Shown: positions 26,113 through 34,736 of the stretch, one piece after another
Numbering within the stretch: the stretch's first letter is position 1
How the letters are laid out: each line of letters starts with the position of its first letter
Assembly: GCA_003135455.1 (NCBI GenBank)
Contig: PLBV01000125.1
Span: 16,458-80,457, forward strand
Length of the DNA stretch: 64,000 nt
Source of the DNA: Hyphomicrobiales bacterium
GTDB taxonomy: Bacteria > Pseudomonadota > Alphaproteobacteria > Rhizobiales > Methyloligellaceae
Direction of reading: 5' to 3'
Translations under genes and position numbers: made by a program
The notes under the pieces: model-generated
Told to the model about the DNA's origin: nothing
The model's input: the letters and a program-made list of their open reading frames with translations, nothing else
Database searches by the model: none

Positions 26113-26627
26113 TTTTTGTTTGAGCGCGCCGTCGAGCGCACCATTCCGGTCGTGGCGGCGAGCGCACCGGGGACAAGCTCGAGCGCCAGCAGCCGCGCCG
26201 GATCGACGGGTCCCGGCAGCGTGATCTGTCCGGGCGGGACGGGCTTGAAGCCGAAGCGGCCGTAATAGGGCATGTCGCCGACGAGCAGCACCAAGGTGAA
26301 GCCTTCCGTCCGCGCCCGCGCCAAGCCCTCCTTTATCAGCGCGCTGCCATAGCCATTGCCGGTTTGCCCAGGATCGACGACGAGCGGCCCAAGCAGCAGC
26401 GCGTTTGCCTCCTCCCCCACCCGCACCGCCGTGAAGCGGATGCCGCCAACCAGCCGGTCGCCGATAACGGCCGTGAGGCTAAGCGAGGCGACGGGCGGCA
26501 CGCCCTCGCGTATGCGGTAGGCGGTACGGGCGAAACGCCCGGGACCGAAGGCTTGGGCGGAGAGAGCGGACAGCGCTTGCGCGTCGCTCTCCTCTTCATG
26601 GCGGATGTGAAAATTTGCGGGCTGCAT
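26109..26627 (-). CDS. GNAT family N-acetyltransferase
   Basis: [48 protein letters not shown]. Confidence 0.92.
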   Translation of the reverse strand: MQPANFHIRHEEESDAQALSALSAQAFGPGRFARTAYRIREGVPPVASLSLTAVIGDRLVGGIRFTAVRVGEEANALLLGPLVVDPGQTGNGYGSALIKEGLARARTEGFTLVLLVGDMPYYGRFGFKPVPPGQITLPGPVDPARLLALELVPGALAATTGMVRSTARSNKN

Positions 26628-26727
26628 CACGTCGAATAATCCCGGAAAGGCCGAGGGAGAAGTTCCCTTCAGCCGCGACGCGGGGCCAGCACCAGACTTG
26701 AACGTCTTACGTGGAGATGGTGGGGCG

Positions 26728-26808
26728 TCAGCGACGAAGGGCCACGGCTTTTCGAAGCCGCGCGCCCTGTCGTCGCAAGATCGTCTGCCGTTCAACGCCT
26801 GTACCCAT
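26728..26808 (-). CDS. Candidate Arg-rich leader peptide (26 aa)
   Basis: [26 protein letters not shown] overlapping a long hairpin at 26731-26776. Confidence 0.3.
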   Translation of the reverse strand: MGTGVERQTILRRQGARLRKAVALRR

Positions 26809-26871
26809 GGCGGCGCTGATATCACGGGGCCGGGCGGCGGGTCCAGCCCATTGACAAGGCTGCCCCATTTT

Positions 26872-26897
26872 GGAACGAGCAAGGCATCTCTGTTGTT
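26872..26897 (+). promoter_or_regulatory. EcfG-type promoter for wrbA
   Basis: GGAAC-N17-TGTT. Confidence 0.55.
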
Positions 26898-26991
26898 AAT
26901 CGCCTCTCGACACACATTCACAACTGCTCAATTATCGAGCGGCGGAGAAGGGGGCTTAAGAGCATCGCCCCTTCAAGGGGGGGCAAACGAC

Positions 26992-27606
26992 ATGGCTGAC
27001 ACGGCGCGATTGCTCGTTCTCTATCACAGCGCTTATGGGCACGTTGAAACTCTGGCCTATGCGGTGGCGCATGGCGCGCGCGCCGTGGACGGCGTGCAGG
27101 TGAGCGTCAAGCGCGTACCCGAGCTGATGCCGGAGGACGTGATGCGCAACGCCGGCATGAAGGTGGATCAGCCGGCGCCGATCGCCGACCCGCAAGAGCT
27201 CGCCAGCTACGACGCCATCATCTTCGGCACGCCGACGCGCTTCGGCAACATGACATCGCAGATGCGGAACTTTCTCGACCAGACCGGCCCTCTCTGGGTG
27301 GAAGGTGGGCTGATCGGCAAGGTGGGCAGCGTCTTCACCTCGACCTCGACCGGCGGCGGCAACGAGACGACAATCGTCTCCTTCCATTGGACGCTTCTGC
27401 ATCACGGCATGATCATCGTCGGCCTGCCTTACTCGGCGCCGGACCTGGCCGACATCAGCGAGGTGAAGGGCGGCTCGCCTTACGGCGCGGGCACCATTGC
27501 CGCGCCCGACGGATCGCGCCTGCCCTCGCAGAAGGAGCTCAACCTCGCAAGCTTCCAGGGCCATCACGTGGGCAAGATCGCCAAGCGCCTCGCCGCGACC
27601 GCCTAA
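26992..27606 (+). CDS. wrbA: NAD(P)H:quinone oxidoreductase WrbA
   Basis: [31 protein letters not shown]. Confidence 0.95.
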   Translation: MADTARLLVLYHSAYGHVETLAYAVAHGARAVDGVQVSVKRVPELMPEDVMRNAGMKVDQPAPIADPQELASYDAIIFGTPTRFGNMTSQMRNFLDQTGPLWVEGGLIGKVGSVFTSTSTGGGNETTIVSFHWTLLHHGMIIVGLPYSAPDLADISEVKGGSPYGAGTIAAPDGSRLPSQKELNLASFQGHHVGKIAKRLAATA

Positions 27607-27611
27607 AGCCC

Positions 27612-28097
27612 TCACCACAGAGTACGCCTTGGAGCCTGGTCGAAGATCTCGGCGAGCCGCGCCTCCGTGCCGGGATTGACCAATTGGGGCAGGCTCGCCC
27701 GCTCGAAGAATGAGGCTTCGGCGATCTCGCCCCGCTTGTAATAGTCCCCCCGGCGCTCGAACTGGCGCACGACGAAGACGGCGATGTGGTCGCCGGGGAA
27801 GCTCGCGAAATTGCCGAACACCCCGTGCAGCAACGGAGGCCCGGTCAAGCGCACGCCCACCTCCTCTTCGAGCTCGCGCTCGAGCGCCGTCTCGATCGTC
27901 TCGCCCCATTCGACGCCACCGCCGGGAAACCACCAACCCGGCCGATAGCCATGGCGCACCAAAAGGACGCGACCGTCGCCATCGATGACCACCCCTTGCG
28001 CGCCAAGCGTCAGCCCCCGCCGCATGCGCCAGATCGGGCGGAGCAGCGCGTTGAGCGCGCGGAACCCCAAGGCGGTTCGTTTCCTCGCTTGCTTCAG
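27612..28097 (-). CDS. NUDIX hydrolase (start uncertain)
   Basis: PGGGVEWGETIETALERELEEEVG Nudix box; GGAGG precedes CTG at 28097. Confidence 0.88.
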   Translation of the reverse strand: MKQARKRTALGFRALNALLRPIWRMRRGLTLGAQGVVIDGDGRVLLVRHGYRPGWWFPGGGVEWGETIETALERELEEEVGVRLTGPPLLHGVFGNFASFPGDHIAVFVVRQFERRGDYYKRGEIAEASFFERASLPQLVNPGTEARLAEIFDQAPRRTLW

Positions 28098-28157
28098 CCT
28101 TGCCTCCTTGCGCTGGCCCACGCTAAGGAACCCATGTTTCCCGCAATTTGTTAATCC

Positions 28158-29120
28158 GTGGCTCCTAGCGTATGGGCCGCGCCTAAGCTGAACGACTGGC
28201 CCTCCTTGTTCAAGCTCGCTCATCTCTCCGATATCCATTTGAGCCCGATGCCGCGGGCCCGCCGCCGCGACCTGCTCGGTAAGCGCGTGTTCGGCTACGT
28301 CAATTGGCACCGCGGGCGCAAGCTCGTGCACCGCCGCGACATGCTCGACCTCATCACAGCCGATCTCATCGAGCAGAAGCCCGACCACATCGCGGTGACC
28401 GGCGATCTCGTCAATCTCGGGCTGCCTGAGGAATTCGTGCGCGCCGCGGCGTGGCTGCATCATTTGGGTCCTCCCGAAGATGTCACCGCGATCCCCGGCA
28501 ATCACGACGCCTACGTGCGGCTGCACCCAGAGCGCGGCACGGGACTTTGGCGGCCCTACATGCAGGCGAACGCCGATGGCGAGGCACTCTTCCCCACGCC
28601 GACGGCGGGCTTTCCGTTCGTCCGCCGTTTCGGCGACGTAGGTATAGTGGCGCTGTCATCGGCCATCCCGACAATGGCCTTCATGGCCGCCGGGCGGCTT
28701 GGTTCGACGCAGCGCGCGCTCCTCAGCGATGCCTTGGATGTGCTGGGCGGGAAGGGCCTCTTCCGGGTCGTGCTCATCCACCACCCTCCCCTCCCCGGCC
28801 AATCCGGCTGGCGCCGTGGCTTGCGCGACGCGGCCAAGCTTCGCCGCATCCTGGAGGACAAGGGCGCTGAGCTCGTGCTGCACGGACACAATCACGAGCA
28901 GACCGTGGTCGAGCTCAATACCGCGACCGGGCCCTGCATCGTCGTCGGCGTTCCTTCCGCGTCCGAGGCGGTCGAGGGCCGCATCCCCGCCGCCCGCTAT
29001 AACGAATATGCCATCGCCCGGACGAATAGCGGCTGGCGCTGCGAGATGGTCGGACGCGCGCTCGCGAGCAGCCCGGAGCATGTGTGGGAGTGCGAGCGCC
29101 GCGTTCTCAGGAGCACCTGA
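28158..29120 (+). CDS. Metallophosphoesterase (calcineurin-like)
   Basis: SDIH, TGDLVN, PGNHD, HHPP, LHGHNH; start may be TTG 28206. Confidence 0.93.
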   Translation: MAPSVWAAPKLNDWPSLFKLAHLSDIHLSPMPRARRRDLLGKRVFGYVNWHRGRKLVHRRDMLDLITADLIEQKPDHIAVTGDLVNLGLPEEFVRAAAWLHHLGPPEDVTAIPGNHDAYVRLHPERGTGLWRPYMQANADGEALFPTPTAGFPFVRRFGDVGIVALSSAIPTMAFMAAGRLGSTQRALLSDALDVLGGKGLFRVVLIHHPPLPGQSGWRRGLRDAAKLRRILEDKGAELVLHGHNHEQTVVELNTATGPCIVVGVPSASEAVEGRIPAARYNEYAIARTNSGWRCEMVGRALASSPEHVWECERRVLRST

Positions 29121-29128
29121 AGAGGCTC

Positions 29129-29232
29129 AGAGCACTATCGCGTCAGGTTGAAATCACGACAGCACGTCTCACTTTTTATTGACGCATGATCTTTTCGGAA
29201 AACCGGTTTCCACTTTTCTAAGATCATGCTCA
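29129..29232 (-). repeat. Hyphomicrobiales intergenic palindromic repeat, longer copy
   Basis: GCATGATCTTTTCGGAAAACCGGTTTCCACTTTTCTAAGATCATGC, reverse complement of the 16702 copy. Confidence 0.8.
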
Positions 29233-29796
29233 GGGGACAGTGAGCCACACCGCCGCGAACAGGCCGGCGGCGCCGGTCAACAGACCGATCACGAAGGCCG
29301 CGATGACGACGCCCGCGCCGGCACCGGCAGACCCCTCCTCAGCCACGAGCTTCTCTTCCCGGCGACTGGGCTCGAGCAGCGCCGCCTCTTGGCGCTCGCG
29401 GCGGACGATCTCGCGCGCCATATGGCTCGTGATCCGGTCCGCCACCTCGCCGACATTGGTCGAGCTGAATAGGGTGCGCCTACCGTTCTCGCTGTTGCGG
29501 ACGAAAAGATAGGCCCCGCTCGAATCATCGATGGCGGCATAGGTGAAGAGGTCGATCCACAGCCGCGCCGGACGGCTCGGCACCAGCGCGAGCTGGAAGC
29601 GGTCGTCCTGAGCGGGCAGATCGGCGAACACGGATTCGAGCTCGCCCTTGAGCAGCTCGAGCCGCGCCATCTCGCTGTCGCGCAAGTCCGCGGTCTGGTC
29701 GAGGCGGCCGGCTTCCTCCAGGCGAGCCTGGCGGATCGCCTCCCGCAGCGAACGCGTGGCGGCGGGCCGCGCTATGGCCTTGACCTTGTCATCCAT
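29230..29796 (-). CDS. Conserved hypothetical protein with C-terminal TM
   Basis: DLRDSEMARLELLK...PARLWID; hydrophobic tail. Confidence 0.78.
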   Translation of the reverse strand: MDDKVKAIARPAATRSLREAIRQARLEEAGRLDQTADLRDSEMARLELLKGELESVFADLPAQDDRFQLALVPSRPARLWIDLFTYAAIDDSSGAYLFVRNSENGRRTLFSSTNVGEVADRITSHMAREIVRRERQEAALLEPSRREEKLVAEEGSAGAGAGVVIAAFVIGLLTGAAGLFAAVWLTVP

Positions 29797-29833
29797 CCCC
29801 GAAGCCTTTCGGCCTTTGGGGGCAAGCATACAG

Positions 29834-31225
29834 CTATTTTCCGGCGAGCACGACGCTCGATCTTGCGTCGTCGAACCATTTGTCGATGGCCGTATCCATG
29901 CTGGCCTCCAGGTTCGACTTCCAGGCGGCGATGGTGGCGTCCAGCGCCTGGTTGTTGGCCACCACGAAGGCGTCGCGGTTGAAGGCTTCGTTTGCCGCGT
30001 TGCTGAGGTAATCGACAGCCGCACCGATCGCCACGCCGATGGCAGCACCGATCACTTGTCCGCCCATGGGTTGCACGAAGGTGCCCGCGACCGCCCCCTG
30101 CTCGGCAAGCGCAAGCCGGGTCCCGAGCGAGGTGACGAAGCGCCGCGACAGCTGCCCGAAACTTTGCGCCAGCACGCTGTTGAGCGCTGGTCCAAGCGCG
30201 AGTGCGCCCACGGTGCCACCGGCGGCAGCGGCGCCGATGCCGGCGATGCCGTCGAAGGCGCGATCCTGCATCAGATAGACCGGGGCCTTCCACTTCTGGG
30301 CGTCCCAATCGAGCTTGACGCTGGTCGCCGGAGTCGAGGCCGGGAGATCCTCAAGATGGCTCGTATGCTTGGCCAGAAACAACTGCAGGCGCATGTCGCC
30401 ATTGGCGATCACCCGCCGGTAGCTGTCATGGGCGTGCCGCACCGCCTGCTCCACCCCTTGCGTGATGAGGGGATCGCGCAGCTCGGGCTTCAGCACCTGC
30501 TCCTTGTAGTTCGTCAGGAAATAGTCCTCCACGTCGGCCTCGACGGCTTCGGTGAGCGACTGGTATTTGCCGACCTCGAAGAAGCGGGTGATGGCCGAGG
30601 TGATCGATTCCTTCAACACCACATAGGAGCGCTTCCACTCGAAGAACCAATCGGCGTAAGCGCCGATCGACTGCGCCCGGTCCTGGAAGGCAAGCGCGAA
30701 GCTGCGATCCAGATCCTCGTGCGCCGCCTGCTTGATGCGCGCCCGCTCGTCGTCGAGCATCAGGATGGTGTCGTTGACGAAGCTGTCGGTCTCGGACTTG
30801 CTCGCCACCACCTTGTGCAGGCTGCCGTCCACATCCTTGACCACGAGGTCGACGGCGTCGGGGGGCAGGCTCTGATCGCCGAAAAAGATGTCGAGGATGC
30901 TCTTGTCGGCATGCACCGGGCCGGTGTGATCGAGATGGCTCTGGTAGCTTCGATAAAAGGTCGTGCCGAGCGACAGCAGCGCATAGGCCGAAAGCACCAG
31001 GGCCAGAGACACGCCGATCGGCTGCAACAGCATGCCGAGCGCGCTTTGCTTCACCACCTTTTCACGGCGCCAGCCCCGCTTGGGCCTCGCCTCGGCCGTC
31101 GTAAGGTCCGCCGCAGCAAGCACCTTCTTGGCGAGCTTCTTCTTGCGCGGCACGTGCACGCTAAGTGCGTCCTCCGGGCGGGCGACCAGCACGGCACTAT
31201 GGCTTTTCGGCATGTCGTCGAGCAT
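29834..31225 (-). CDS. Hypothetical membrane-anchored protein with C-terminal Gly-zipper-like segments
   Basis: 463-aa ORF with host-like codon usage, N-terminal TM, GxxxG-rich region. Confidence 0.8.
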   Translation of the reverse strand: MLDDMPKSHSAVLVARPEDALSVHVPRKKKLAKKVLAAADLTTAEARPKRGWRREKVVKQSALGMLLQPIGVSLALVLSAYALLSLGTTFYRSYQSHLDHTGPVHADKSILDIFFGDQSLPPDAVDLVVKDVDGSLHKVVASKSETDSFVNDTILMLDDERARIKQAAHEDLDRSFALAFQDRAQSIGAYADWFFEWKRSYVVLKESITSAITRFFEVGKYQSLTEAVEADVEDYFLTNYKEQVLKPELRDPLITQGVEQAVRHAHDSYRRVIANGDMRLQLFLAKHTSHLEDLPASTPATSVKLDWDAQKWKAPVYLMQDRAFDGIAGIGAAAAGGTVGALALGPALNSVLAQSFGQLSRRFVTSLGTRLALAEQGAVAGTFVQPMGGQVIGAAIGVAIGAAVDYLSNAANEAFNRDAFVVANNQALDATIAAWKSNLEASMDTAIDKWFDDARSSVVLAGK

Positions 31226-31364
31226 GGCTCTAGAGACTCTTGAGGCTCATCCTAACAGGTCTTCGGCCCGCCTCCATATAGGATCGGGCAACCAGCCTTG
31301 TAAGCACTGGCGGACGGCCGTTACCGTCTTGGCCGCAACAGGGTTAGCGGGCAAAGTTGGCCGG

Positions 31365-31390
31365 GGAACTCCTGACGTAGCTCGAAGGTT
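31365..31390 (+). promoter_or_regulatory. EcfG-type promoter for udgX
   Basis: GGAAC-N17-GGTT, 19 nt upstream of the ATG. Confidence 0.6.
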
Positions 31391-31409
31391 GTGGCACGGA
31401 GGTAGCTTA

Positions 31410-32075
31410 ATGGCGGCGAGATGGCCGGAGGCTGAGCTCCCGCTCTTTGCGGACGGGAAGCGGGTCAACGATCCCGAGAGGGCGTTGCAGCTCGTTGCGA
31501 CCGAAGCGCGGGGCTGCACCCGCTGCGACCTCTATAAGCATGCCATCCAGACCGTGTTCGGCGAAGGCCCCGCCAATGCCTCGCTGATGCTGGTCGGCGA
31601 GCAGCCGGGCGACCAGGAGGACTTGGCCGGACGCCCCTTTGTCGGCCCGGCCGGCAGCGTGCTCGATCAGGCGCTGCATACCGCCGGCATCGACCGCAGC
31701 CAGGTCTATGTCACCAATGCGGTGAAGCACTTCAAGACCGAGCCGCGCGGCAAGCGCCGCATCCACAAAAAGCCCGACACCAGCGAGATCGACATCTGCC
31801 GCTGGTGGCTCGACCATGAGCTTGAGATCGTGCAGCCCGCCATCGTGGTGGCGCTCGGGGCCACGGCGGCCCGTGCGCTCACGCGGAGGCCGCTTACCAT
31901 CAATGCCAATCGCGGGAGGCTGATCGAGCTTCCGGGAAGGCGGCAAGGCGTCATCACCGTCCACCCCTCTTATCTGCTGAGACTTCAGGACGAGCGCGAC
32001 AAGCGGAGAGAGTTCGACCTTCTGGTCAAGGACCTGCGCTTCGCTGCATCGGCTGCGGCGGAAGCACGCGCCTAG
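31410..32075 (+). CDS. udgX: UdgX-family uracil-DNA binding protein
   Basis: CTRCDLY, GEQPGDQED, TNAVKHFK, R-loop RGKRRIH, VHPSYLLR. Confidence 0.93.
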   Translation: MAARWPEAELPLFADGKRVNDPERALQLVATEARGCTRCDLYKHAIQTVFGEGPANASLMLVGEQPGDQEDLAGRPFVGPAGSVLDQALHTAGIDRSQVYVTNAVKHFKTEPRGKRRIHKKPDTSEIDICRWWLDHELEIVQPAIVVALGATAARALTRRPLTINANRGRLIELPGRRQGVITVHPSYLLRLQDERDKRREFDLLVKDLRFAASAAAEARA

Positions 32076-32860
32076 CCGCTGCCGGGCGCCTCGGCAAGCG
32101 AGCGGCCCTCGACTTGCGCCTCGCACCAGGCGAGCAAGTCCTCCCGCTCGCCACGATATTTCGCGACCGTGTCGCCCGGGCCCACCTTGATGGAGATGCC
32201 GCCCGCCCGGTTGACGGCGGCGAAGGCATATTCGTCGGTCAGATCGTCGCCGGCGTAGACCGGCACGCGCCCACAGAATGGCTCCTCGGCGAGAAAGGCC
32301 TCCACCGCCGTGCCCTTAGTGGCGCCCTTGGGCCGCACCTCATAGACCATCTTGCCCGGCAGCAGGGTGAGCTCCGGCATGTGGGAGATGGCGGCTTGGG
32401 CAGCGAGCGCGCAAATCTCGGCAAGCTCGGGCCGCTGGCGATAATGGAGCGCGACCGACGCCGTCTTGCGCTCGAGCAGCAACCCGTGATGGGCCTCAAC
32501 CAGGGGCTCGAGCCCGGCGGTGGCCGCGGCCACGCATCCAGCGCCCCTAAGGTCCCGATGCACCACGCCCGCCGCATCGCGCCGGACCGAGCCATGCTCG
32601 GCGGCGACAGGCAGCAGGAGCGGCGCGAGCAAGGCATCGACGGCGGCCAAAGGACGGCCCGTGACCACCGCAAGGGCGCCACCTGATCGCTGGGCGAGCC
32701 GCTTGAGCAGGGCGCTCACCCGCTTCTCGACCACGACAAGGTCGGGCCGGTCGGCGATCGCCGCGAGCGTTCCATCAAAATCGATGAAAAAGGCGGCATT
32801 CGCCGCAAGAGGCGGCAAAGACCTTAAGGGTAAAGGCTCTATCGGGTCGCTGTCAGACAT
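32072..32860 (-). CDS. otsB: Trehalose-6-phosphate phosphatase
   Basis: FIDFDGTL, VVTGR, AEHG, GKMVYE, GDDLTDE. Confidence 0.94.
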   Translation of the reverse strand: MSDSDPIEPLPLRSLPPLAANAAFFIDFDGTLAAIADRPDLVVVEKRVSALLKRLAQRSGGALAVVTGRPLAAVDALLAPLLLPVAAEHGSVRRDAAGVVHRDLRGAGCVAAATAGLEPLVEAHHGLLLERKTASVALHYRQRPELAEICALAAQAAISHMPELTLLPGKMVYEVRPKGATKGTAVEAFLAEEPFCGRVPVYAGDDLTDEYAFAAVNRAGGISIKVGPGDTVAKYRGEREDLLAWCEAQVEGRSLAEAPGSG

Positions 32861-32972
32861 CGCATCTCGTCTTAGCATCAAAGGATTCCAAGCACTTGCC
32901 GCACCATTGGTCGACGAAAACTGAGTGGACCGAAAGTTGCAATATCCGGACCAGGGATCTCCGCTTCTAGAA

Positions 32973-32997
32973 GGAACGCTTTAGCGCCTCTTCCGTT
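32973..32997 (+). promoter_or_regulatory. EcfG-type promoter for otsA
   Basis: Exact GGAAC-N16-CGTT. Confidence 0.75.
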
Positions 32998-33067
32998 TAA
33001 CCATCGGAGCGTCATCGAGAGAGGTTAGGGTCCCGTGCAGTCGAGCCTCATATCCGTGCAATTGGGC

Positions 33068-34537
33068 ATGCCTGACAAGCCTATGCCACCGGCCAATTTT
33101 GGAGGCCTTGAGCCCGGCACTACCAAGGCCGGGCGGTTGGTCGTGGTTTCCAACCGTGTGGCGAACCTGTCGGCCAAGTGCCAGTCCGGCGGCCTCGCGG
33201 TCGCGCTTGGCGATGCGATGAAGGCTTCGCGCGGGCTGTGGTTCGGCTGGAGCGGCGAGACCAGCGAAGACGCGCTCAGCGCCGATCCCAAGATCGAGAC
33301 CATTGGCAATCTCACGGTGGCGACCATCGGCCTCACCCCCGAGGAAGAGGAAGGATATTATTTCGGCTACGCCAATCGCTGCCTGTGGCCGTCGCTGCAC
33401 TACCGCCTCGACCTCGCCCAGTGCCGCGAGGCGGATAGCGAAATTTATTTCGCCGTCAATGCGCGCTTCGCCGACACGCTGCTCCCGCTGCTCGCCCCCG
33501 ACGACATGATCTGGGTGCATGACTACCATCTCATTCCTCTGGCCGAGGAGTTGCGCCGCCGCGGCTGCACCTCCCGCATCGGCTTCTTCTTGCACACGCC
33601 CTTCCCCTCGCCCGAGATCTTCGCCGCCGTGCCGCATCAGAAGCGACTCGGCAACGCGCTGATGACCTACGACGTGGTGGGCTTTCAGACCCGCTCCGAC
33701 CGCGAGAACTTCGCCCGCTACGTTGCCTCGTTCCTCGATGGGGAGCGGATGCGTGGCGACCTGCTCACGGCGCAAGGCCAGACCACCCAGGCCTCGGTCT
33801 TCCCCATCGGCATCGATGCGCAAGGCTTTATGCGCCTGGCCGAGGAGGAGAGCCTCAAGGGACCGCTTCTGCCCTTCCAAGGCGACGACATGAAGACGAT
33901 TATCGGCGTCGACCGGCTCGATTACACTAAAGGCCTGCCCGAGCGCCTGCGCGCCTTCGAATGCTTGCTTGAGACCTGGCCGCATTACCGGCACCATGTG
34001 CGCTTCGTGCAGATCGCCTCGCCCACGCGCGAGACCCTCCCCGTCTATCAGGAGATCCGCGAGCAGGTCGAGGGACTGGTGGGCCGCATCAACGGCCGCT
34101 TCGGCGACCTCAACTGGACGCCGGTCACCTATGTGCACCGTCCGGTGCCGCAAGACATCCTCGCTAGGCTCTACCGCGAAAGCGCCGTCGGGCTCGTCAC
34201 CCCACTCCGCGACGGCATGAACCTCGTTGCCAAGGAATATGTCGCGGCCCAGCCGAGCGAGGATCCGGGGGTGCTGGTCCTGTCGCGCTTCGCCGGCGCC
34301 GCCGAGCAGCTGCGCGAGGCTCTGCTCATCAACCCGCACGACATCACCGAGATGGCGCGCACGCTGGACCGCGCCCTGAGCATGCCGCGGCAGGAGCGAT
34401 GGGCGCGCCACAACCGGCTGATGCAGCGGATCGAGACCTACGACGTCGCCAATTGGCGCGACAGCTTCTTGCAGACCTTTGCCCCGTCGGACGCAAAGCC
34501 AATCAACCTCTTCGCCAAGGCGCGCGGCGCCGCTTGA
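33068..34537 (+). CDS. otsA: Trehalose-6-phosphate synthase
   Basis: LVVVSNRV, GGLAVAL, WVHDYHL, FFLHTPFP, GVDRLDYTKG, RDGMNLVAKEY. Confidence 0.96.
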   Translation: MPDKPMPPANFGGLEPGTTKAGRLVVVSNRVANLSAKCQSGGLAVALGDAMKASRGLWFGWSGETSEDALSADPKIETIGNLTVATIGLTPEEEEGYYFGYANRCLWPSLHYRLDLAQCREADSEIYFAVNARFADTLLPLLAPDDMIWVHDYHLIPLAEELRRRGCTSRIGFFLHTPFPSPEIFAAVPHQKRLGNALMTYDVVGFQTRSDRENFARYVASFLDGERMRGDLLTAQGQTTQASVFPIGIDAQGFMRLAEEESLKGPLLPFQGDDMKTIIGVDRLDYTKGLPERLRAFECLLETWPHYRHHVRFVQIASPTRETLPVYQEIREQVEGLVGRINGRFGDLNWTPVTYVHRPVPQDILARLYRESAVGLVTPLRDGMNLVAKEYVAAQPSEDPGVLVLSRFAGAAEQLREALLINPHDITEMARTLDRALSMPRQERWARHNRLMQRIETYDVANWRDSFLQTFAPSDAKPINLFAKARGAA

Positions 34538-34736
34538 AGCGGAAGCGGGCCGCAAGCGTAGCTTCGATGCCGGCAGGAATGGCGGTTGACAGCGAGCCTG
34601 GCCATGGCCTCTCTTGCAGAGGGCAAAGCCCGAAGAGCGGTTCCGATGCCCAGGATCGTCCTTTAGCTTTAGGGCGTTCCGACCCGCCGCCGAGCCCAAG
34701 GACCAAAGTCCCCGCAAGCCGTCTGCTTCCTCTGCC

